NCBI GenBank assembly: GCA_964520645.1
Contig: CAZFND010000002.1
Coordinates: forward strand, 9,424-73,423
Reading direction: 5' to 3'
Length of the DNA: 64,000 nt
Origin: an uncultured Candidatus Saccharibacteria bacterium
Lineage (GTDB): Bacteria; Patescibacteriota; Minisyncoccia; Phycocordibacterales; JAKAEA01
Below, piece after piece: positions 56,262-64,000 of the stretch. The notes beneath the pieces are model-generated. The model was not told the DNA's origin. It saw nothing but the letters and a program-made list of their open reading frames with translations, and searched no databases. The number at the start of each line of letters is the position of its first letter. The first letter of the stretch is position 1. Made by a program: the position numbers and the translations under genes.

Positions 56262-58010
56262 ATGCATATTGAAGAAACACAGTTACTTAATTTTATTTTA
56301 GACTCGGGGCTTGTTTCTCGCTCAGATGTAGAAGCTGCACGTGATGAGGCTCAGGCGCAGGGAACAAGTGTCGGTAAGCTTCTTGTACAACAAGGAAAGC
56401 TCACTGACAATGAACTTCGTCGTATGCAGGCGTATGTGCTCGGTATCCCTTTTGTAGACTTGAAGGGTCAAAAGCTTGATATAGAAGTACTATCTCTCAT
56501 TCCAGAGCCTATTGCTCGCAATCACACTATTGTTGCCTTTAAAAAGACTGATGTATCTCTTGAGGTTGCTATGCTCGATACCGAAGACCTTTCTGCTATC
56601 GACTTTATCAAAAAGAAGACACGACTCAAGATTTTGCCTCGACTTACTGACAATGAGTCCATGAAAGCTGCACTTGTGCAGTATCAGAAGAGCTTGAAGG
56701 CAGAATTTGGAGATATTATCCAAAAAGAAGTAGGTTCACTTACGACAGCACTCAATAAAGAGGAAGTAAGTTCTGAAACTGATCTTAAAAAGCTCGCTGA
56801 AGATTTGCCTGTTGTGCGAGTGGTGGATACATTGCTTAAGCATGCAATTATTCAAAATGCATCTGATATTCATATCGAGCCAATGGAGACAGAAGTGCTT
56901 GTGCGCTATCGAATAGATGGATTGCTCCATGATGCCATGGTACTTCCTGCAAATGCCGGACAATCTATCACTGCCCGTATCAAAGTGCTTTCCAACTTAA
57001 AGCTTGATGAAAAGCGATTGCCTCAGGATGGACGATTTAAAATAGAATCAAATAATGAAAAAGTATCTTTTCGTGTATCTATTCTCCCAACATACTATGG
57101 AGAAAAGACGGTAATGCGATTGCTCCGAGAAAGTGTTTCTGGCTTTACTCTCGAATTCCTTGGATTTCATGGAACGGGTCTTGAAAAGATTCATGATGCA
57201 ACAAAGCTTGCTACGGGAATGATTCTTACAACAGGTCCTACAGGATCAGGAAAGACTACTACGCTCTATACTGTACTCGATATTCTTAATACACCTGATG
57301 TAAATATTTCTACTATTGAAGATCCTGTTGAATACCAGATGAAACGAATCAATCAGACTCAAGTTAAGCCTGATATTGGATTCACGTTTGCTTCAGGGCT
57401 TCGATCACTCGTACGACAAGATCCGGATATTATTATGGTGGGGGAAATTCGTGATAATGAAACAGCATCTCTTGCAGTAAACGCTGCGCTTACGGGACAC
57501 TTAGTGCTTTCGACATTGCACACCAACTCTGCAGCAGGAGCTATTCCTCGTCTTATTGATATGAAAGTAGAACCATTTCTTATTGTTTCTACGGTGAACG
57601 TAATTATCGGTCAGCGTCTTATTCGAAAACTTGCAGGAGAAAAAGAAGAATATTTTCTTACTCAAGCCGAAATTGCTCAGTTAGGAAAATCAATTGATCT
57701 TGAGAAAGTTCTTACATTCCTTGTTGAAGAGAAAGTAGTAAAGGCGGGAACAACATGGGACAAAGTTCCGTTCTATCGTCCTAAGCCATCATCAGAAACT
57801 GAAGATGGATTTAAGGGACGAGTAGGAATTCATGAAGTGCTCAAAGTATCTCCTTCAATTCGTGAACTTATTATGCAAGGAAAGACTGCTCAGGACATCG
57901 AAGCGCAAGCGCGCAGTGAAGGTATGATGACTATGATAGAAGATGGAATATTTCAGGCAGTACAAGGATTAACAACAATAGAAGAAGTTCTACGAGTCAT
58001 AACAGAATAA
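56262..58010 (+). CDS. Type IV pilus assembly ATPase PilB/GspE (copy 2)
   Basis: ASDIHIEP, PQDGRF, GPTGSGKTTT, RQDPDIIMVGEIRD; heads the pilC-pilin operon. Confidence 0.94.
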   Translation: MHIEETQLLNFILDSGLVSRSDVEAARDEAQAQGTSVGKLLVQQGKLTDNELRRMQAYVLGIPFVDLKGQKLDIEVLSLIPEPIARNHTIVAFKKTDVSLEVAMLDTEDLSAIDFIKKKTRLKILPRLTDNESMKAALVQYQKSLKAEFGDIIQKEVGSLTTALNKEEVSSETDLKKLAEDLPVVRVVDTLLKHAIIQNASDIHIEPMETEVLVRYRIDGLLHDAMVLPANAGQSITARIKVLSNLKLDEKRLPQDGRFKIESNNEKVSFRVSILPTYYGEKTVMRLLRESVSGFTLEFLGFHGTGLEKIHDATKLATGMILTTGPTGSGKTTTLYTVLDILNTPDVNISTIEDPVEYQMKRINQTQVKPDIGFTFASGLRSLVRQDPDIIMVGEIRDNETASLAVNAALTGHLVLSTLHTNSAAGAIPRLIDMKVEPFLIVSTVNVIIGQRLIRKLAGEKEEYFLTQAEIAQLGKSIDLEKVLTFLVEEKVVKAGTTWDKVPFYRPKPSSETEDGFKGRVGIHEVLKVSPSIRELIMQGKTAQDIEAQARSEGMMTMIEDGIFQAVQGLTTIEEVLRVITE

Positions 58011-58011
58011 T

Positions 58012-59229
58012 ATGCCAAAATTCACCATTCATAGTGTAAATAATGCAGGAGAAGAACATACAGAAGTATTAGAAGCCAAAGACCAAATGGCTATCTATAA
58101 TGATCTTAAGTTAAAGGGGGAGACACTTGTTTCTGCAGAAGAAATAGATCCTGCAAAAAAGAAAAGTGTTTTTCAAATGGAATTGTTTGGTCGTGTAAAG
58201 CTTCATGACAAAATTGTTTTTGCTCGAAACTTGGGAGCAATGATGGAAGCTGGACTTTCGATGTCTCGTTCGCTTACTGTGATAGAACGTCAAACAAAAA
58301 GTAAAAGATTTAAGAATATTATTTCTACGCTCAATAAAAGTATTGGTCAGGGTAATACCCTAAGTGGAAGTATGGTGCAATTTAAAGATGTTTTTCCTCA
58401 GCTTATGATATCGATGATAAAAGCTGGGGAAGAGTCGGGATCTATTGCCCAATCACTGCGAACTGTAGCTAATCAAATGGAAAGTACCTATAAACTGACA
58501 AAAAAGATTCAGGGAGCAATGATGTATCCAGGTATTATTGTGTGCGCAATGATTATTATCGGGTTCTTTATGTTGACCTATGTTGTGCCAACGTTGAGTG
58601 CCACCTTTAAAGATCTCAATGCAGAATTACCTATTAGTACGAGAATAGTGATGGGAACAAGTGATTTTATTGTGGCCCACTATCTTATTACCATTCTTGG
58701 TATTCTTGGTGCGGGAATTGCACTCTATCTATCTTCTAAAACATCATGGGGTAAGCGCGCTCTCGATTTTATTGTGCTGCATATACCTATTATTTCTCCG
58801 TTAGTAAAAGAGGTTAATGCTGCCCGAACAGCGCGTACTCTTTCTTCACTTCTTTCTGCGGGTGTAGATGTGGTGATTGCTACACAGATTACAAAGGACG
58901 TACTTCAAAATTCTTATTACAAAGAAGTGCTCGAATTGGTACGAACTAAGATTGAAAAAGGTGAATCAATCGCAGAAATTTTTGCTCAAAAGGAATATTT
59001 ATATCCATTATTTGTTGCTGAAATGATCTCTGTCGGAGAGGAAACAGGTCAACTTTCACAAATGCTCTTAAGTGTTGCTGTTTTTTATGAAAATGAAGTC
59101 GATCAAAAGACAAAAGATATGTCTTCTATTATTGAGCCATTCCTCATGATATTCATTGGATTGGTAGTAGGATTTTTTGCAATTTCGATGATTAGTCCAA
59201 TTTATTCTTTGGGCAATCATATTAATTAA
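58012..59229 (+). CDS. pilC: Type IV pilus inner membrane platform protein
   Basis: T2SSF repeats: GEESG, AMMYP, GEETG, IEP. Confidence 0.93.
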   Translation: MPKFTIHSVNNAGEEHTEVLEAKDQMAIYNDLKLKGETLVSAEEIDPAKKKSVFQMELFGRVKLHDKIVFARNLGAMMEAGLSMSRSLTVIERQTKSKRFKNIISTLNKSIGQGNTLSGSMVQFKDVFPQLMISMIKAGEESGSIAQSLRTVANQMESTYKLTKKIQGAMMYPGIIVCAMIIIGFFMLTYVVPTLSATFKDLNAELPISTRIVMGTSDFIVAHYLITILGILGAGIALYLSSKTSWGKRALDFIVLHIPIISPLVKEVNAARTARTLSSLLSAGVDVVIATQITKDVLQNSYYKEVLELVRTKIEKGESIAEIFAQKEYLYPLFVAEMISVGEETGQLSQMLLSVAVFYENEVDQKTKDMSSIIEPFLMIFIGLVVGFFAISMISPIYSLGNHIN

Positions 59230-59230
59230 T

Positions 59231-59683
59231 ATGAAGCAGCATCAGGGATTTAGCATTATAGAAATACTCATTGTTCTTGGTATTATGGCTATTTTAACGG
59301 GAATAACATTTAGTGTGTTTTCGAGTGTGAAAAAAGCCCAGGCGCTTGAAAAAGATCGAGATTCAATTATAGAGGTATTGCGCCAAGCTCGGAGCCAAAC
59401 ACTTTCTTCAAAAAACGCATCTCAATACGGTGTGCATATTACTTCATCTCAAATTACATTGTTTACCGGTACATCATATTCTGTAGGCAATAGCTCAAAC
59501 CAAGATTTTATTTTACAGGGATCAGACACTATTGTAACTATTAGTCTCACGGGAGGGGGAAGTGATGTTGTCTTCAATCGTCTTACAGGAGAAACCAATC
59601 AAAATGGAACAATTACAATTTCTTCTCCTAGTACATCACAAACAAAAACTGTTACAATATACAAAACAGGTTTAGTAGAATAA
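59231..59683 (+). CDS. Type IV pilin-like protein (FimT/GspH-like)
   Basis: Class III signal peptide QG/FSIIEILIV. Confidence 0.88.
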   Translation: MKQHQGFSIIEILIVLGIMAILTGITFSVFSSVKKAQALEKDRDSIIEVLRQARSQTLSSKNASQYGVHITSSQITLFTGTSYSVGNSSNQDFILQGSDTIVTISLTGGGSDVVFNRLTGETNQNGTITISSPSTSQTKTVTIYKTGLVE

Positions 59684-59684
59684 T

Positions 59685-60164
59685 ATGCGTCATTCATCAC
59701 AACGTGGCATGGGACTTATTGAGATCGTCATAGGCTCAGCTATTATTGTGACTGGGATTTTGGGTTTAATTTCTGCGTACGCTACGTTTGTAAATTATGC
59801 GTTTTCTACTCAGCATAATGTAGAAGCGGCATTTATTGGCGAAGAAGGATATGAAGCTCTCACCTTTTTACGAGATGCAAGTTGGAATAGCAATATTAAG
59901 AGTCTTTCTACCACTACAACATATTCACTCTTGTGGACGGGGAGTGCTTGGGCTACTACAACAGTGCCACAATATGTAGATGGACTCTTTTTACGGCAGT
60001 TTACTATTACCGATGTTGTGCGTGATGGAAGTGATCGTATTGCAAGCTCAGGTACCTACGATCCAAATACAAAGAAAGTGACCGTCACAGTAGCATATTG
60101 GCAAGGACATGCGACAACAACCCAAACACTCTCAAGTTATATTACAAATCTCTATGGCAATTAA
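59685..60164 (+). CDS. Minor pilin (PilV-like)
   Basis: RG/MGLIEIVI prepilin motif; KKVTVTVAY. Confidence 0.85.
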   Translation: MRHSSQRGMGLIEIVIGSAIIVTGILGLISAYATFVNYAFSTQHNVEAAFIGEEGYEALTFLRDASWNSNIKSLSTTTTYSLLWTGSAWATTTVPQYVDGLFLRQFTITDVVRDGSDRIASSGTYDPNTKKVTVTVAYWQGHATTTQTLSSYITNLYGN

Positions 60165-60648
60165 TATTCGTAACAACAAAGGATTTTCGTTGGTAGAAAT
60201 GCTCATTTATGTGACATTGCTCGCTACCATTCTTCTTTTAGTCATCAACACCGTTCTTTCATTTAGTTCTTCATATCGACAATTGGCGGCGCTTCGAGCA
60301 GCGGAGCACTCTGGTATTGATGCGATGGAGCGTATTACACGTGATATTCGCCAAGCCAGCAGCGCAGACACTTCTATAGCAGGTGCACTTACGCTAGTTG
60401 CTACATCTAACAGTGTTTCTACAACTACTCGATTCTATGTTCAGAATAATGTCCTAAATGTAGATATAAATGGCACATACTATGGCCCACTTACTACCTC
60501 AAATGCTTCAGTAACAAATATTACGTTTACACTTCTTACGAATTCTACATCTAAGGCTGTAAAAGTAGATATGACCGTGCAAGGAATAAGTGGCACAGTA
60601 ACAAAAACAAAGACGTATCATTCAACAATTGTATTAAAAGGATCATGA
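60154..60648 (+). CDS. Minor pilin (PilW-like)
   Basis: KG/FSLVEMLI prepilin motif; MERITRDIRQA; start ATG 60154. Confidence 0.85.
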   Translation: MAINIRNNKGFSLVEMLIYVTLLATILLLVINTVLSFSSSYRQLAALRAAEHSGIDAMERITRDIRQASSADTSIAGALTLVATSNSVSTTTRFYVQNNVLNVDINGTYYGPLTTSNASVTNITFTLLTNSTSKAVKVDMTVQGISGTVTKTKTYHSTIVLKGS

Positions 60649-62402
60649 TCAAAAAAAATCCACAATCAGGACAGGCAATGCTTACCGCAGTAATCTTTTT
60701 TCTGGTTATTTCTTCGACGGTAGTACTTGGTGTTGCTACTCCTATTTTAAAGCAAGCACGTATCTCTCGAGATTTAATTTATTCAAAACAAAGTTATCTC
60801 TTAGCTGAAGGAGGATTGGAAGATTCATTGTATCGAGTGAAGAATAATATGGCTATTGTTTCTGGAGAGACTATCGTTGTAAATGGCTATACTACAACAC
60901 TCACTATTATTAATACTTCAACAGGAAAAACATTAATTGCTGAATCTGATCGTGATGGATATGTTCGAAAAATGGAAGCAGATATTGTTCAGGGTGCCGG
61001 TGTTGCCTTTAACTATGGAGTCCAGGTAGGTACAGGAGGTTTTGTTATGGCCAATAACTCTAATGTTCAGGGAAATGTGTATGTAAACGGTGACATTACA
61101 GGTTCTAACGGAGCGTATATTACAGGAACGGTTATTGCAGCAAATACCGCAGCTCAAACAACAGATCAGGCAAATGAGACACCTAGTTCAATTAGCTCAT
61201 GTACTGCATCAAATTGTATTGATTTTAGAAAAACTTCAAACGTACGAGATGTTGCACAAAGTTTTCAAGTGTCTACCTCAACGCCGATCAATAAAATTCA
61301 GCTTTATGTTAAAAAAACAGGAACACCTGGAAATGTGACCGTAAATATTGTGACTGATTCAAGTGGATCACCAAGCTCAAACGTTTTAGCTCAAGGAACA
61401 CTCAGTTCTGCAGCGGTGACTACGAATTTTGGGTGGATAGATGTTGTGCTAACAACAAATCCAGGATTTGTACCTGGTACAACATATTGGATTGTGACCA
61501 ATAATGGTACACAGAGCTCAACAAATTATTACACAATAGGTGCAAATACTTCGTACATAAGTGGGGTTACAAAAATTGGTCAGTACAATAGTAGTTGGCA
61601 GGATACAAGTCCTTCAGGTTTGGATATGTATTTCAGGCTTTATTTAGGTGGTCTTACTGCTACAATAAATGGAGTAACTATAGGTACGGGTTCAACAGGG
61701 GATGCTTGGGCGCACAATGTTACAAATTCTACAATCCGAGGTTCCTTGTATTGTCAGACAGGTAGTGGAAATAATAAATCATGTAATACAAGTAGAACCG
61801 ATCCTTCACCAACTGCATTTCCTGTTTCAGATGCTAATATTCAGCAATGGAAGGATGATGCTTCAGCGGGTACTCTCTATACTGGTAATAAAACTCAAAA
61901 TGGTGGAAGTCTTGGTCCGATAAAGATTACCGGCAACTTAACACTTTCAGGGAACATCACGCTTACTGGAACCGTGTGGGTGCAAGGAAATATTACAAGT
62001 AGTAATAATGCGAGTGTGCAACTTGCTGCTGGATATGGTGGCAATAGTGGTGTAATTGTTGCAGATGGAAGAGTTAGTCTTAGTAACAACGTTACATTTA
62101 GCGGTTCTGGCCTAACAGGAAGTTATATTATGTTGCTCACTACTAGTGATTGTCCGACAAGTGCATCATGTGGCGGTAGTTATGCTATTGATGTATCTAA
62201 TAATGTGGGTGCCGTTATTTTGAATGCGCAAAAAGGTACTCTTCACTTTAGTAATAATGCTACGACAAAAGCTGCTACAGCAAATACTATTAGTCTTGAT
62301 AACAATGCTTCCGTTATTTATGAATCTGGATTGGCAGATCTTAACTTTTCAAGTGGCCCATCTGGTGGATGGAATGTGACATCATGGAGTGAAGTTCAGT
62401 AG
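60645..62402 (+). CDS. PilX/GspK-like minor pilin with large beta-rich C-terminal domains
   Basis: SG/QAMLTAVI prepilin lacking E5; SYLLAEGGLE PilX-N motif; Gly/Asn/Thr-rich beta repeats. Confidence 0.8.
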   Translation: MIKKNPQSGQAMLTAVIFFLVISSTVVLGVATPILKQARISRDLIYSKQSYLLAEGGLEDSLYRVKNNMAIVSGETIVVNGYTTTLTIINTSTGKTLIAESDRDGYVRKMEADIVQGAGVAFNYGVQVGTGGFVMANNSNVQGNVYVNGDITGSNGAYITGTVIAANTAAQTTDQANETPSSISSCTASNCIDFRKTSNVRDVAQSFQVSTSTPINKIQLYVKKTGTPGNVTVNIVTDSSGSPSSNVLAQGTLSSAAVTTNFGWIDVVLTTNPGFVPGTTYWIVTNNGTQSSTNYYTIGANTSYISGVTKIGQYNSSWQDTSPSGLDMYFRLYLGGLTATINGVTIGTGSTGDAWAHNVTNSTIRGSLYCQTGSGNNKSCNTSRTDPSPTAFPVSDANIQQWKDDASAGTLYTGNKTQNGGSLGPIKITGNLTLSGNITLTGTVWVQGNITSSNNASVQLAAGYGGNSGVIVADGRVSLSNNVTFSGSGLTGSYIMLLTTSDCPTSASCGGSYAIDVSNNVGAVILNAQKGTLHFSNNATTKAATANTISLDNNASVIYESGLADLNFSSGPSGGWNVTSWSEVQ

Positions 62403-62430
62403 GATATACATGATGTGCTACAATATTTGA

Positions 62431-63195
62431 ATGAAGAAATCGAAAAAGATTATTGTCGGTAATTGGAAAATGAATCCGGCGACAGAAGAAGATGCTCTTA
62501 AAATAGTACGAGGCATCAATCGGGGAATTATAGAATCAAAAAATGTAGAAGCGGTGGTTTGTCCTTCATTTCTCCATTTAAATTTGGTTCAAAGAAATAA
62601 TAAAGATAGAAAATTTACTGTAGGTGTTCAAAACATATTTCAAGAAGAAAAAGGCTCATATACAGGAGAAGTATCAGTAGGAATGGTGAAGGATGCCGGA
62701 GCTAAATATGTCATTCTTGGTCATTCAGAAAGCCGAAAATTGGGAGAAACTGATGAAGTTATAAATAAAAAGATTCATCTCGCACTCGCTCATGAGATTA
62801 CTCCCATTATTTGCATCGGTGAAGCTAAGCGTGATGAAGAAGGTCATTATCTAGGATTTATAAAACAGCAGCTTCAACAAGCCTTGCGAAGAGTAGGACC
62901 AAGTCAGCTGAGCTCCCTAGTTATTGCCTATGAGCCTATTTTTGCTATTGGTGCAGCAGAAGCTATGAAGCCAGGAGATGTGCACGGTATGACTATTTTC
63001 ATCAAGCGCACGATTATGGAGCTCTTTAAGATAAAGATGGTGTCACTTCCTATTTTGTATGGAGGCGCTGTAGACCCTACTAATGCTCATGCCATTCTTA
63101 CCAATGGAGATGCAGATGGATTGCTTATTGGACGACAGAGTCTTGATGCGACAAGCTTTTTAGAAATAATCAACATTGCTCGAGCAATAAAATAA
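62431..63195 (+). CDS. tpiA: Triosephosphate isomerase
   Basis: GNWKMN, GHSE, AYEP..AIG, LYGG. Confidence 0.95.
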   Translation: MKKSKKIIVGNWKMNPATEEDALKIVRGINRGIIESKNVEAVVCPSFLHLNLVQRNNKDRKFTVGVQNIFQEEKGSYTGEVSVGMVKDAGAKYVILGHSESRKLGETDEVINKKIHLALAHEITPIICIGEAKRDEEGHYLGFIKQQLQQALRRVGPSQLSSLVIAYEPIFAIGAAEAMKPGDVHGMTIFIKRTIMELFKIKMVSLPILYGGAVDPTNAHAILTNGDADGLLIGRQSLDATSFLEIINIARAIK

Positions 63196-63196
63196 T

Positions 63197-64000
63197 ATGA
63201 AGTATAAAACACTGAAAGATATTGGAGATATTACCGGGAAAAGAGTCCTCGTGCGTCTTGATTTCAATGTTCCAATTAAAGATGGAAAGGTTGTCGATGA
63301 TTTTAGAATTATTAAATCTCTACCTACTATCAAATTTCTGCAAGATAACAATGCAAAAGTTATTATCTTAGCTCATATAGAAGGGGATGAGCATTCTCTT
63401 AAACCTGTATTTGAAGTATTGAAATCCCATATCCCAACAATTTCTTTTTGTGAAGACTGCATAGAAGAAGGAGACAAGCATTCGCTTGAACTTAAAAATG
63501 GGGATGTGATGTTGTGCGAAAACTTAAGACTCTATGATGGAGAGAAAAAAAATGATCCTGAATTTTCTGCTAAGCTTGCATCACTTGGAGATCTCTATGT
63601 AAACGATGCCTTTTCTGTATCGCACCGCAAGCATGCGTCTGTCGTCGGAGTAGCTAAGCTATTGCCGGGGTTCCTTGGCTTACAATTTGAAGAAGAAATC
63701 ACTAATCTTTCAAAATGTTTTAAACCAGAACATCCATTTGTATTTATATTAGGAGGAGCAAAGTTTGCCACCAAGTTGCCATTAGTCCAAAAGTTTCTTC
63801 CTCTTGCTGATTACATATTTATAGAAGGTGCTCTTACTAATGACTTTTTTAAAGCAAAAGGGTTAGAAGTTGGAGTTTCTCTTGTTTCTTCAGAACCGAT
63901 GGATATCACGTCACTTATTAATAATCCCAAAATTCTGCTTCCATCTGATGTAGTTGTGCAATCAAGTAGAGGAGTTGAAACAAAGTTAGCAACAGATGTG
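63197..64000 (+). CDS. pgk: Phosphoglycerate kinase (partial, runs off the window)
   Basis: Translates as MKYKTLKDIGDITGKRVLVRLDFNVP..DDFRI..ENLR..YVNDAFSVSHR.HAS..GGAK. Confidence 0.95.
   Translation, partial: MKYKTLKDIGDITGKRVLVRLDFNVPIKDGKVVDDFRIIKSLPTIKFLQDNNAKVIILAHIEGDEHSLKPVFEVLKSHIPTISFCEDCIEEGDKHSLELKNGDVMLCENLRLYDGEKKNDPEFSAKLASLGDLYVNDAFSVSHRKHASVVGVAKLLPGFLGLQFEEEITNLSKCFKPEHPFVFILGGAKFATKLPLVQKFLPLADYIFIEGALTNDFFKAKGLEVGVSLVSSEPMDITSLINNPKILLPSDVVVQSSRGVETKLATDV

Overview
This is a low-GC, gene-dense bacterial chromosome segment. Its gene content and synteny point to a Patescibacteria/CPR genome, probably Parcubacteria: FKBP-less trigger factor, short YebC, rpsO-NYN-pnp, a VirB4/PrgI/VirB6-like locus and type IV pili. 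It contains the replication origin region (rpmH/rnpA/yidC - dnaA - oriC - dnaN), with DnaA boxes and DnaA-trio-like repeats. It also holds core replication, repair and translation genes, a ~12.5 kb T4SS-like membrane locus directly after yidC, comM, two PilB/GspE ATPases, a pilC/pilin operon, four tRNAs and tpiA-pgk (pgk truncated at the window edge). The most notable unexplained structures are five. (1) A DUF559 (Vsr-like) endonuclease gene inserted between ruvB and yebC is bracketed by ~50-58 bp inverted palindromic repeats, and solo copies of the repeat recur at 50.6 and 56.1 kb, suggesting an endonuclease-associated REP-like element. (2) Two promoter-bounded structured ncRNA candidates lie at 5.9-6.1 kb (-) and 43.8-44.0 kb (+). 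(3) An unannotated 28-aa hydrophobic/basic peptide gene has its own promoter, leader hairpin and terminator. (4) A second palindromic repeat family sits inside polA and against tRNA-Gly. (5) A parS cluster, mostly embedded in coding sequence, and a second DnaA-box cluster lie ~31 kb from dnaA. All calls come from reading the sequence and ORF track by eye; no searches were run.
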